Below are positions 23,683 to 37,800 of a stretch of DNA of 64,000 nt, piece after piece (position 1 is the first letter of the stretch; each line of letters starts with the position of its first letter). Source of the DNA: Antedon mediterranea. Taxonomy: Eukaryota; Animalia; Echinodermata. The position numbers were made by a program, and so were the translations under genes. The notes beneath the pieces are model-generated. The model was not told the DNA's origin. It saw only the letters and a list, made by a program, of their open reading frames with translations, and did not search any database. The stretch lies in contig NC_092672.1 in assembly GCF_964355755.1 (NCBI RefSeq), positions 10,168,001 to 10,232,000 on the forward strand, in the 5' to 3' direction.

Positions 23683-26600
23683 GAAAGAATAACAAGGCAA
23701 GACATAAGCGCAATTAAATAAATAATAATCTTATTGTAAGTACCAAAATACATTTCACTTATGAAGTCAGAAGTCAAACATCAACACATATTTCCTTCAT
23801 GTTTATGTTTACTTCTATACTTAATGACGTGTTTTCTACAACCGAGTAGTATGACACAGCTTAACGATTATTAGTGAGTGCTAGGCCTACAATAACAAGA
23901 ATAATATAATTACAATTGTCTCTTTCAAATCATACTTTGTTAAACTGTAATCTTGAAAACTTTATTAAAATCTTTGTTGAAAAAAATGTATTGCCTTATC
24001 ATTTGTGTGCATATTTTTAAATAGATATCGGTCTATATCCAAGATATATTTCAAGCCACTGAGAAAAAGATCCGGGACGCATTTCTCCTATGAAGCTAAG
24101 TCAGAAAGTATGAATAATTCATGTCATTATTATGACATCATAGCGAAAAAGGGCATGGACAGAGAACACATATCTCAGGTTATAAATATAACAGGTTTTG
24201 CATCCGGTCAGGACGACACACACTAATAAAAATCATTATGTCATAATTCTTTATTCACCAAAGGCAAAACGGTATAAACAAATAGCTTTCGCTAGTCAAT
24301 GGTTTACACCTGATTAACAAATATAATACTGTTCAGTGCAAACGATTTTGATAATATAATTATACAATAATGTAAAAAAAAACCCACAATAATGACAAAA
24401 AGAAAGAGGTGGGCCAGCATTAATCAGTATCTCGATAATAGGTGATTACTGTCAAATATCAAATATAACCATTTAATGCATGTGCATTGAATTCACCCCC
24501 ACCCCCACCAAATGGCCGATACGAATACCAATGAACAAAAATTAGTTTTTTCTCCACCATACCCAAATACAGCCTACGCCATGCATGCACCATAAACGTA
24601 ATATAATGACATTTCGGTAGCACATTGCTATTATTCGTCTTCAAAAATCCCGCTTTATTTATGAGTGAAATGGAGAGAGATTTAAATCACCAACTCTTCT
24701 CTAATTGATATATCAATAGGATTGTTTACATTGAATGACTCGTCTTACCTAGAGTAATTTGGTATTCGAGTTAGTTTTTAAACGGTCATGGCGGTCTCAT
24801 AAAGAATGAATATTTCGCTTACAGATTAAATTACGGACGTACGCTAAATAATTGATTGAAATGTGTCATATGTAGACATTGTCAAAAAATAATGAATATA
24901 TAATTACAATGAAACTATAGAAAGGAACTTAAATGATAAAATAAAATGTTTACCTTTTAAACATACGTCTTTTTTACGTTAACTCTCCTTCAACAACGTC
25001 AACAACAACATCTTGCATAAAAAAATGCTGTCCCGTGAATCTCGGTTGTATGCCTTATGAATTATTCATGATTGGGGAGATCGCGCGCTTGTAATAATCA
25101 TTTAGTAAAAGGACAATTTAGCAATCAGCTGTTTCGAGCAAGCGTTGGGCAGTGGCCATATGCATTGACCCTTTTTATGATTAATAACATTTTGCCACCA
25201 TAATGGTAAAATGTACACTTATTTTTAAGGCTTGTGAATGTATTTAATTTACACACGTTTAATCAGCAGGTATAATTGAAGAATTACTTGTATTTAGGCC
25301 TTGATTTAGATAACATTTACAGTATAAAACCGAAATATCGTTTTTTAATTATATTCTTAATTGAAATCATTTAAAAATATATTTATACTGAAACAATTCT
25401 GAATCCAATGATGCAGAAATGTTGACATAGGTGGCGGTAGATTATAATTGTGACGGTTTCGGTCAAACCTTTGCCTTAAAAATTATAGGTTCCTCTGCAT
25501 CATTGTTTTTTTTTAACGAGTGAGAAAGAGAAAATGATATTAAAAAGATTGTGAAAAATTAGGTCCAAGGTTATGGATGTAATCCACACCAAAGTGTACG
25601 TTTAGTCGTCGACATTTTAAATTATAATTTTCGAAACTCTCTTTTGAACCACAAATTAAGGTTGGTTGTTCATATTGTCTACACTCTGTGGATATGCACC
25701 ACATTCACTCTTTCAGGTGACAAAACAATTCCTTTTCATTTAACTTACGAATTATCTACACGGTAAAAACTATACTGTATATGTTTACAAAAAAGTAATG
25801 TAATGTTACATATAACTGGTTAATAAGCAATGACATTTCCTATTGGCTGTCTCTAAGAATTTGCTTCTTTTTCTTGACGTCATATTATCCAATTTAAAAA
25901 ACATCTATACAAAGTTGCTTACACACCGTGCTATTATTTTGTTATCCATTTCTAATATAAAAAAAAACCGATACAAACTAACTGTTGATAAATAAGTATT
26001 TTATTTACCGGCATCAGATGCGTATTCGAAGCATTTAGTTTGCCGATCAAGTTAACAGTCAGAATCTATTCTAAATAAACAATAAATTAGCCATGCTTTA
26101 CGTACGTTATGCGTGGGAGCATTACAGTTACGTGATATTCGTTTTACCACGTGCCGACAGGTGGCATTGTATATGGTGTTACTTGTCTGAATTTCACATC
26201 ATTATTTGTTTAACAATACTACTATATATTTTATCGCATAATGGAATAGGACAAATCAAACTGTTAGTGTTTTTTAGAACATGCATGTTAATAATAATAA
26301 AAAAAATGTGTATTAATCGATTTAAAAAATACTACAATAACGGTATGTATACAACGGTGGCTTGAAAGCATGTTTTAAAATGTGATTGGAATTCGTTACG
26401 CAACAAGTGAATGCATGGGGACTAAAACAGTATTTTGGGAAGTTCCAATTATAGTATGGCTGATTTTTATCAAGAACATAAAGTATTTATAATAGAAAAT
26501 ACTTTATAAAATAATCGTCACTATTTTGATCTTGATCCCCATAATATTAATCAAGGTTGGTGAACTTGAGCAATTGGTATAGCATATCAACGGTGTAGAT

Positions 26601-27042
26601 GCCATCCCTTGTATGTTTTAAATGTATAGTTGTTAGTTAATTGAATACTATACAATCATGAAACATGTACATGACGTTCAAATGCTAAATATAGAAGTAG
26701 TCTGTTTTAAATCGGGATATCTCGTTGCATAGTTTCGTTGAAGAAACCAATGACCTGTTAATTATTAAACCCAACACAATTAAAAACATACTCAAGAACA
26801 AGGTTTTGTTTTAATTTGTTTTTCGTTTGGTGTCTCATCTCAAAATAGTAGAAATAATTATAGCGGTCAGATAGATATCGTTTACCTAACCATGAACGCC
26901 GAACATAGTATACCAATTACATGGCTATAGATAAACACATAAAGGAAAATTAAGCGTGAATTACTGGTGATCAATCCACAAATTGCTGTGTTGCTGTGAA
27001 GTTGGTAACTGTAAAGCGTCTATTAAATTGCTAATAGTTACT

Positions 27043-28176
27043 ATGGAAAAACACAAGTGGATAAAAAATGGAATACGAACTTGCCCATCAGCTAGTTATC
27101 TCGACCGAAGGTCGAATCAAGCCCGACGACGAAACTCCGCCGAGCAATCGAATCTTGAAACACAAATAAACAAGTTGCAAGCTAATGAGGATGAAGTTCT
27201 TCGCAATATAAATAGGAATAGTTATAATCTACGAAACCAATTGGCAAATACAAACACGTTTTGTGCACCAGAACCAACAATGAATGACAAGAAATCTCCA
27301 AAAGTGAAACGAGCGTCTACGCCAATGCCAGGATTTATAAGCGACAGTGCGAGGGGAAGAAGATCAGCAACACGTACTCAATTATTGGATGTTAAACATG
27401 TTAAAGAGTTGAGAAGGCATAGTGAAGGAGACATTCAAAGCTCAATTGTTCGCTTTCGGGAGGGATTTAAATCATCTAAACGAGGATCTTGTGTACTTCC
27501 CGCCATCAATCAGGGAGGTCTTCTAAGGGCAGCGTGTGCGGATATAACAAGAAGAAAATCACTAAACGAAATCGAAGATTGCACGTTTGATTCCAAAAGT
27601 GTTAACTGTGACTCTCCAGTTTGTTTAGAATTGGAAGGAAATGTGAGGAAAGATAAGCTACTTATTGAGTTTAGTTCAGATGATGAGTCGGATTATTCAA
27701 TGCCAAAGAACCTTTCGCCAACTCCTACTCCTTCCATCCTGGTGAGCTGCAATGGAAGGGTAATTCAGACAAACATAAACAGAAGAACGCCGAGTCCATT
27801 ACCTTTGCGACGAAACGGATGGTCATCGACTACAGATCTAACCGACGACGATGATGAAAATACATCGTCAGTAGATAGTAAATTATACCCGCCGTATGTC
27901 GGGAAATCAAGCCAATTGATGACGGATTGGAGAATGCAGAAGCCACTGAGAGATGCCCGAAAGCGTGTCAATTCGTTGTCGCCAGCAAGCTTTTCTAAAA
28001 TATCTCAACAAAGGAGACGATCTGCAGAGGAGTATGAGATCTGTAAGGGAAAGCAAAATTTGATAAACACAATGTTCAGTACCGAAAGAAGAAAAAGCGA
28101 TGTTGAGTTGAGATCCAAAATAGACGAGTTTTTAAGGAAGTCTTGTGTGATTTCTGACAGAAATGGAGATCAATAA
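27043..28176 (+). CDS. Intronless uncharacterised protein, 377 aa; N-terminal coiled coil followed by a Ser/Arg-rich disordered region
   Basis: A 1134-bp stop-free frame in very AT-rich DNA with coding-like composition; first ATG at 27043; AATAAA at 28501 and ~28660. Confidence 0.8.
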   Translation: MEKHKWIKNGIRTCPSASYLDRRSNQARRRNSAEQSNLETQINKLQANEDEVLRNINRNSYNLRNQLANTNTFCAPEPTMNDKKSPKVKRASTPMPGFISDSARGRRSATRTQLLDVKHVKELRRHSEGDIQSSIVRFREGFKSSKRGSCVLPAINQGGLLRAACADITRRKSLNEIEDCTFDSKSVNCDSPVCLELEGNVRKDKLLIEFSSDDESDYSMPKNLSPTPTPSILVSCNGRVIQTNINRRTPSPLPLRRNGWSSTTDLTDDDDENTSSVDSKLYPPYVGKSSQLMTDWRMQKPLRDARKRVNSLSPASFSKISQQRRRSAEEYEICKGKQNLINTMFSTERRKSDVELRSKIDEFLRKSCVISDRNGDQ

Positions 28177-30002
28177 CAGTTAAAAATAGTCATATTTAAC
28201 ACCAATTTCGTTAATTATTTACCATTGAAAACGTAATTTAAGAAGAAAGTAGTCTTCCTGAAGACCGTTGGCAGACTGTTTTTTTTTTTTGTTAAATTTA
28301 ATTTATTCATTTATCTTTAATATGGATATTATCAAAAAGAAAGAAATACAAAGCATTCTAACAAAAATAGAGGAGTATACGGTTTCCAGTAAATATCTAA
28401 TGATAATGGACAAAAGGGAAAATCATTTTGTTTTTAAATATCTTTTTGATGAATATAAACTGTGGATACATAGTTTTTTAGAAGGTCTGGATTTTAAAGT
28501 AATAAATTAAGTACTGACATTACAGTAGGCATACACTAGTCTTAATGTAAAGTAAGATATTTTTTTTTTCTCTTCTGAAATTTAAGACAGAAGAGTGATT
28601 TGGATCCGCAAATGATCCAACGTATAATACCGATTGTTAAGCATGTAGCACTTGTTTAAATAAACTATAAAAAAACACACATTTGGAATTAATCTATTTT
28701 TATTTCTAATTGTTATTATTCTTTCTACTCATTCAACATATGATTTATATAACATAATCAAGGTGTGCAGGTAATTATTAAGTATAATAATAATACATTA
28801 TATTATCCTTTATAATAATAGAAACCACGACAAATTCACTATTTACTTTATCATTCACTGATTCCTGTATCTACTGTAATATTAATATACACACAACATT
28901 CAGAATTTATAGCAAACTAAAATGCGCATGTGCGATTAGTTGGCAAAGCTATGCATAGAGGGCTATCGTTGTCTACAAACATGATCTATACTATGCACAA
29001 TTAAGTTTATAAAAATGAAGCTTATATGTAGCATGTTGTCAAATAAGGTTTACTTTCATGCTGCAGTACACATTTGTTATCTTTATTAGGAATTACACAT
29101 AATTAAAAACACGTAGCATGTTACAATGTTATCCGTATTAAAATGTAGGCCTACCTACATTATTACATTTTTACATTGCTTGTATGAAAGCGAAACTTAT
29201 TATACTTCTAATGACACTCAATTTGAAAGAAAATCTTTAGTTGGGTCCATCGAAACTATGGTTTGTAATTGGAGAGAGTATTTAATTTGAGAGAGTAGCT
29301 TATTATAAAAGGTATATGATCACTCGGGGCCACAGTACAATGTATTCAATTGGTCTTTATTTGGAGGGATTCTTTTTGGATGTAGTCTTTAATTGGAGGT
29401 GTCTTTAATTGATACGTGTATACTAATTCATATTTATGTTAGGGTTTGGAGGTATTTTATGTAATCACTAATAATATTATGACTTTTCGATAAATCATTC
29501 TACATGTTTCGTATATTAATTGTATTTTTATTCCATGACATTGAAACGTTTAACACGTAGTCATTGCCCACGGCTATACATTGTTTTTATTATGACCATT
29601 CTTCTATGATAAAAAAAACCCATTGAATTTTAATTAATATGCTTTATGGCAAGCAAATTCATGCATTTTCATTTTAAACTAATAATACAACTAATTCTCC
29701 CTAAGCAATGTGCGTAATATAACAGTAAGTAGTAAGCACATCACGTCTTTTTCAGGAATATGTCAGAAGGACAATTTCTAAGAACGATGTACCTTTTTAA
29801 AACTTCTTAGGTATACCATAAACTGTGTCAAAATATATAAAACAAAGTGTCATCTTAATCTAATTTATAATAAACGTCAGAATAATATATTTAGTTTTGT
29901 GAGAAACAAATTAAACATAAATGTAAGTACGTGCGCTTTCAAGCAATCATAATAATAATAATACTTGTCACGTTTTCAATCTCTTCGTTCAGTGTCATGG
30001 CT

Positions 30003-30056
30003 AACGCGTTTCACCAAACGGGTCGGACGCGTTTCACCAACGGATCGGACGCGTTT
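30003..30056. repeat. Short 22-23 bp tandem repeat, about 2.4 copies
   Basis: ACGCGTTTCACCAAACGGGTCGG / ACGCGTTTCACCAACGGATCGG / ACGCGTTT. Confidence 0.7.
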
Positions 30057-31637
30057 ACCTTGACAAGTTTCATTATCTCCGTTGTGTCGTGTGCCGTTTC
30101 TAATATCTATATACATGCAATAAACATAAATTAAACCTAAGGTAACAAACCCACTTATTGCTTTTCTCAAAATACACGTTCATCGAGTTTCTGTCTTTTG
30201 ACCGCAAAAGCCGATGACAGAAAAAATCACTAAAAACCTGCATTACATAACTACACATTATATCATACACTGACATAAGGAATTAAAATGTAATTTATCG
30301 GGAAAATGAAAATGTCTGTTTATTCCAAGATACAAACACATGTAGGATTAAAGTAAAATTAAAAGGTACATGAAAGTTAATGTTATTAAATTATTATTAT
30401 TAGTCTCGCTGGGGTTTTACAAAACTAATTTAAAAGTATACGTAATATGATTAGCTATAATTTATGATAACATTTTAACACATATTCTCAATATTCATTT
30501 TTTTATATTAACGTTTATTCTAGTTTACTGACTGACAAGTAATACATCATTATTGGCGAAATCTATTTCAGTTAAAATTTACTGTATAAATTAACACCGA
30601 AGTGTTTATAGGTTTAGTAATGTTCTGGTTCTGTACCAGAACATTCATTTTGTTTTATTCAACTAAAATTCAAATTACAATTAATAAAAAAAAGGCCACG
30701 TCCTTATGAAAAGAGATATTTTGTTATAACTGTGCATAATAAAAGCCAAATGCCAGTGACGATATGGTCTCCGCGGACGGAGGAGTCGCATGCCACGAGG
30801 GGTTACTTGCGCGGCGCATGAAGCACACAAAACATTTGAACAGTTTGATCCATTCAGATGTGGTTTCAATAACTGAACTGAACTCACAGTCCACACACAA
30901 TGTGAATATCTAATTTCGAAAATAGTGTAGCTATATATAGTCATGCCTAGTATATGAATTAACAGGTATAATTATGCGAATACCTCTAAAAGCATCTCTT
31001 TCGTTCCTATGAATCCTACTAAAATTAAAAGGAATGTAATCGAAACACCAAGTTCTACTACACATTATGATACAAAACATTTTCATTTATATACAATTCC
31101 TGATAATAGTGAGATATTTAAAATCAAGAGAAATACAAATTTGGAATTAGGTTTGATTTTATTTTCGATTACAGTTTAATTTAAAAAACACCCGCATGTT
31201 AATTAAAACGCCGTCTAATCTGTTACATCGGACTAAAATGGCGAACAACTAGAACACAGGGAAGGAAAGAGGACATTATATACAACAGATGCCGTTTGTA
31301 ACAATTGAATATAGACAACGTGGTCTTACATTATACATGTATATATCAGATCTCATGAGTTTAACTTTCTCCTAATGGCATGTCATCGAGTATATATAAT
31401 ATGCCTACATAACATTGGAATTTGCATGTTTTACTTACGACATTGTAGTTACTGCCTGTTCCACAAATACAGATGCCATAACAAAAAACATATTTTACTT
31501 AGTCAGTAATAGGCCTATGCATTTACCTTAGGTGTAGATGTTATAATGCCCATTACTGTAATAGGATAAGTGTGTTGTAGGCTAAAACATGTATTTGATA
31601 CCGTACATATATGCATTTTGCAGGTGTATTAACTCTA

Positions 31638-31826
31638 TCAGAGTTGGCTTTCTGTTTCTTTACGCATACTACTTGTACGAGCTCTTGGTCGATATGTAAC
31701 CGTAGGCCAAGCTGGCTCTTCCTTTCTTATTTCCTGATGCATCGCGGAATGAGCATTATCGTCGCTGCCGTGTAAACTCTTGCAAGTAAACATTCGCTTG
31801 GACAGTTTACTTCCTTTAATGTATAC
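31638..31826 (-). CDS. ATP13A3: ATP13A exon 31 (last)
   Basis: VYIKGSK...EEPAWP...ETESQL-stop; phase-0 acceptor. Confidence 0.8.
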   Translation of the reverse strand, partial: VYIKGSKLSKRMFTCKSLHGSDDNAHSAMHQEIRKEEPAWPTVTYRPRARTSSMRKETESQL

Positions 31827-34800
31827 CTATGTAAACAAGAACGAATACGCATACAAAAGTGTATTCATTAAAAGATCAATAACAGTACAATAATAAAAGA
31901 AACTGAGTGAATAAATGAAATGAAGTTTAAAGAAACCATGCCGTTTCGAAAAATACGCAAATCAATTATGGTCTAACAGGGCCTCCTAGGCCTACTATAG
32001 GAAGAGTAAGATTGACTTAATTATTTCATCTCATGTGTATCAATCTACTAAAGCCTACAGCCCCAATAATATTTAAGAAACGTAGCATATGGTAGCATTT
32101 GAAAGGTGTAGTCACATTAGTCACTATACATTCATATTTGGCCTACTTCTTACTTATTTGCATCTAAATGTGGGTTGTGTTGGTTTATTTTTCATTGTTT
32201 TCATTTGACCATTGCCACACCATTGAACCATACAACTGTTCGACACTGTTGATACATAAGTTGCCTCCCAACCAAAATGATGGCGCTATTATTTGGAAAC
32301 ATTAATATCTTTTAGTTTTTTAGCACTTACCTCCAATACTGTTGCAAGGATAAAGTAAAATATTACGATTCCAAGAATGATGAACTGGAAATACAGGTGA
32401 TCATATGACAGCTCTATCATCTATCAAGTCAATAATAATACTGGTAGTTAAATATAATGTATTGGGAAAAAAAATTATTACAGTTATGTAAATTATCAGT
32501 AGACACTTTAAACATCGAATTTAATATTGTTTTAAAAAATACTTCATAAAATAATAACGCATCAAATTTTAAACTTACCTGAAAGAATTCCCTGATATTA
32601 TCAGCCCACTCAGCTCCAGGTAAAAACAGGAGAAATATGGTAAAAAGTGTCATTACAATTAGACTTATCGTAAAAAGAACTGAAACATAAAAAAAGGATA
32701 AATATTACCATAACATTATTAAAACATTTTTATCCTTGGTAGTCTAAAGATAAAAACCAGTCTTAACCTGTTCAAACGGTTCAAATAGGTTGAGACTGGT
32801 TTTATTTGGAGTTATGTAATGTAACAAGATATCATGTTTTATCATCATCATGACAATTGTACTAGGCCCTGCTAAGAGTTGCAATTAGTTTTGGAATTTT
32901 GCCAAATTCTGACTAACATGGTATAAAATCATAATAAACCGTTGAAGGCGCTAATTTTCCACTGTAATATTTATTATTCATTTCAAGTGATTCTACTTAC
33001 GGTTTGTGTATATCGGTGCCCTAAACGGAGGCCCTTTGGAAAACAGGAATGCAGCTATGATGTACTGAAAAGCAGACACAAGGAACACAGTTGTACTCTC
33101 GTAACCTTTTGTGTTTGCAACTTTACTTTTGTCCACAACCAATGGTACGAACCTGAGACAAATTCAAATAATATTATAAAAATAAATAATACTTTGTGTC
33201 ATCAAATATAGCTAAAATTGTCGTGGCGATTTTAATGAGCAAATTACATTGTTCTTAATAGTTGAACATTTACCGACATCACGTAAGCATGGGATCATCA
33301 ATATACCACTGAACTTAACTTTTATTGGTTAGACTTGCAGGTATGGCTGAGAGATTCGCGCCTGCTAGATAGGTCTGGTTACTCTACATTGTACCACAAA
33401 AAAAACTCTTTAGGCGAAAAGAGGTTCTTTCAAACACTACGAGTCCCCTGGCTACAGCTTTACCAGGGTCATGATATCTTATATCATTATAGTTATCTGG
33501 AATTTCCCATGACCAAACAGTGCCACGGCCTACGCTTCATATAGCCTAGAAAATTATTTTTTTTAGTCAGCATGGATTTATTTTTATTCCCATCATGTAG
33601 GCCTTATTGGCAAGTCACCTGATGTTGGATGTGATACGGTAAACATAACTTACCATGGTTGGGCTTTGACGATAAGATAACTTCCTACTTGGAATACAAG
33701 TTGAAGAATTACGTGACCAATCAACGAAAATAGCATAGCGGGCTCCATTAAGCCACTCTGCGGTCGTTTCGATACTATCTTCGGAAAAGCTTCATTTCTG
33801 GCAACTTTAATATGAGATAAATGTATGATAACACAGTAAATAATCTTCTGAAAAAGACTCTAAGGAACGTTGAAAATATATATTTTAAAATCTATTTTCA
33901 TGTATTGTGTTTGTATGTTTATTAGTATTATTAATTTCATGCTTGATTAAATTTTGTAGTTTATCATTGGAAAGTCGGTGAACGTATAATAACTTCATTT
34001 GTTGCAGCAAATATCAAAGAATGTCATCATCATCATCATCATCCATGCAATTCGATCTTATCATTTCATTTTTATTAGAGTTGCGTATGACATATTTTTA
34101 TTAAATGATGGTTGTTGTACTTACTCAAAAGTGCTACTATAGAAGTGATAGCTACGTCCCAGTACATAAACATCCAATCACTTGGAAACGAATCGATCTT
34201 TGAAAAGAACATCGTCATCATTGTGTTACATTTTAACTTACTACCGTATTAATTACTACTAACAATATTGCATTAGTGCAAACTTAAATTAGTATTCAAT
34301 GTGACAATTTATTTCCATTAAATATGCATGAGTCTTTTTAGAAATTGCGTTTTTAGAAATTGAGTTTTTTTGAAAAGAAAGATACGAATCATAATTTGAA
34401 CTAAGGTGCTTGTGCAAGGTTATCAATCACAATTGTACAACTTAATGTCAGATCGTGTTATTATCTCGCACTTAATATATACTGTGAACGTTCTTTCCGA
34501 ATAATCTAACATTTTATTATTTATTTATTACATAATATACACTATGTATCAATATAGAAACAGTTTAGGTAAACCACGGCGAAATTGAAACCTAATTTTT
34601 ACCAAAGAGAATTCAGTTTCAATAGGACAAACAAAAAACAGACGATCATTTTCAATAAATTATCATTCAATTAATATTAATATTTTCAGATTTAGGCAGC
34701 AGATGTTTTTCACAAATTAATAAACACAACATTAATTTGATTTTATAATATGTATATATTTAGATTTAATATCTAAACAATAAATTTACCGTGTTTAAAA

Positions 34801-37800
34801 TCAATACGGTCGTATACTGAATCATACTATACAGGGCCATATATTTGAATACACCGAATGACGTCACTAACGCTGCTCTTCCTTCTCTGAAATGAAATAG
34901 ATGAAATGATATTGTAAGAGCAATAGACAGATATATTTGTTTTTAAGTCTATGTATTTTTAAATGTTCAGACTAATTGAAAGGTAGTGTTATATATTGTG
35001 TGATGAATTTGATCTGATCTGATCTGAATCTGAAGTTTACAACGCAAAAACAAGAAGCTAGACTAATAGACGCTACTTTTAGTAGTGTTACTGTATTTAT
35101 ATTTTTTATTTATATTACAATAATCACTAACAAATTCTACGAGAAACATAAACTTTTAATTATTATTTTAATATGTGCATCTGGGTTTCTTACTGTTAAT
35201 GTATAAATCCAAAGGCAAATTACTGAAAAATGACAATGCTGTGGGTATCAGTGGCTGGATCTCAATGGAGATCTCAATGGAGATATACTGTTAATGTATA
35301 TATACATAAATATAATTTTTACATTTTTGTTTTGTTTTTCTTCTTCTCCTTAACTTTATTTCATTATTCTCTTTTTGATATTTGTTTTTCAAAGAGTCTT
35401 ACGACTACACTTTCTTTGTTAGATCCCTGCAATATTGTATTTAATAATGTAAATATATATTGCTAAATACTGTAAAAACTGGCTAATATGGTAAAAAAAA
35501 TCATAGAACGGATTCACGGTTCACGGTTTTCCAGAGATGTTAAATTTATGTGCCTAAACGTATTCTACAAACATTCTAAAATTGATTCCTAGGACTTTCA
35601 GCTATCTAAGTTAAAGGATAATCCTCGTTTTTATGTTAAGTCTTCTTAAGAAACTGTTATATACTGCAGCAACTGTTCAATTCAGATCTTGACCTAAATA
35701 GTAATAACCTGTATGCATTGCACGTCATTAAGTTTAAAATACGAGTAAAATGTGTGCATAAATAAACCATCTACGTCATTAAACATTTGTCTGCATATAT
35801 GTTAATATTGCTTGTAGATAATTAACATTTAGAAAAATATCTGTAATATATTTGTAAATATAGGTCTAATATATAATAATTATTTTGTCAGCACAAACAC
35901 ACAAAAAACAATGCAAGAATATGAAGTTGTTTTATTATCTGACATGGATTACAAATGTTTGTATACATAAGATGCCCCAGTGTCCCCTTAAAGGAGTTCT
36001 ACTGTAAGTCTTCAATATTCAAATGATCAGTATATTTTAAGTATGTAATAATTGGTTACGTACTTGATAAGCGTAGGTACACAACTGATGTTTGGTGTCT
36101 TTGATGTAAAAGGCGATGCCACCGAAGCCTCTGCTTCCGACAACGATATCCCAGCATGAGCCATCTTGAGGGCGCCACAGTCGTTAGCTCCATCACCACA
36201 CATACCAACAATGTAACTACAAAATAATGTTTTTTTTTTATGATTTTCTTTTAGGAGGGAAAGTGAGGGAGACATTATCTTCAATTCATTACTTTAATCT
36301 ATCAATCACCATTGCACTGGTATTACTAACATTTAGGAATCTCGCAGTAAAAATCATGACTTTACAACAATTTTTAACCAAGATAGAAAATTCTTACTTT
36401 TTATTGATATGCCGTAAGTTTACCAATGTTTAAAAACTATAATAAACTTACTCGAGCTTTTGCAGAGCCTCGACTAATTGAGTTTTTTGATCCGGAGACA
36501 TACGTGCAAACACACATCCCTTCAATGCAACCTTTGTGGAGGAAAAACAACAATAGCAGACAGAAAATAATTAAGAAATTATAATTCATATAATTAATAC
36601 TTTTTCTATTTTTGGTGGAGTTGCTTTAAAAACAACTGTTTATTTACAGGTAATCTTGTTATGGCCATTTTCATAATGTAACTATATTCAAGATTCAAGA
36701 TTCAAAGATTCAAACTTTATTCTCATTCATTTCTGGAAATTCCATTGCTTGCATTAAAAATTACAGAACAACAACAATTGGAATTACATTACAATATTTC
36801 AACATATTTGATTATATATATGCGTAAAATGCGTATTAATCAATTCATTTGTGTTTACCATAACGTTCTTACCCTCGGTAATAATTCTGGAAAATGCTCA
36901 TGTATAGCAGCAAATGATTTTCCATCAACAATGAAGTGACATCCATCATCGGTTGAAGAATCGGTTTCACATATTGTAATGGCAATGTTTTCGTTAGACT
37001 AGACGTGAGAGATTGTAAAAAGAAATTATTTTATTTTAAACAACTTTAGGATTTGTCTGTAATTATGAAGAAAATAAATTAAATTTATCAATGCTTTAAC
37101 TAGTCGTCAGAAAGATGGATATTCCAAACAAAACAAACAAATGTGTAAAAGAATACTGTAATCATAAAATACCAAAATATTACAATAGAGGGCGGTCTAC
37201 ATCCGGTTTTAGTTTATACTTTTAACGAGTTAATTGAAAGGTTCTCCATATTTTTCTTCTTATTATAATTTTTAGTTCAAAAAACATGAGTGACGAGTAA
37301 TTAAATATTATTTTATTTTTAAATCTTGCAATTAGATCTTTTAAAATGCTATTAGGCCTATACGTCAGACGGTTTCATGAATATACTTTTCTGAACACGA
37401 TCTTTATTAATAAATAACTACCTACCTCAATACGACTGTTTGTTTCAACTGATGCACTGTGTGCAGGACTAGGCTTCGATGTATCGTGGACAGGATAGTA
37501 GGCAATTGTAGCCTTTTCACCCGGTTTCGACGGTGGCTTAGCCTCGATTTCAAGGATCTTATCATTTCGGTTTATCATGCCACATTTCTTTGCAACACTA
37601 AGTGCAGTAAGTTTGTTATCACCTTTGATATAAATAATGTAAGAAGATTTTCCACATGGTAAACAAATAATACTCTTTATATCGTCCTTAAGCTTAACTG
37701 AAAATGGAGGGATTTCGGACCAACTTCAGTCAGCAATAGCGCATACGCAGAACTGCACAATAGTGAAACAAGTTATTTCACGTTCACAAATTCTGTCTTA

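Noticed and set aside
26983-27042. TTG-initiated extension of the 397-aa ORF
   Set aside because: The eukaryotic start is more plausibly the ATG at 27043.
36686-36730. (ATTCAAG)n followed by TTTATT, with similar tails at ~41400 and ~55785
   Set aside because: Probably truncated LINE 3' ends on the minus strand, but too short or decayed to delimit or classify.
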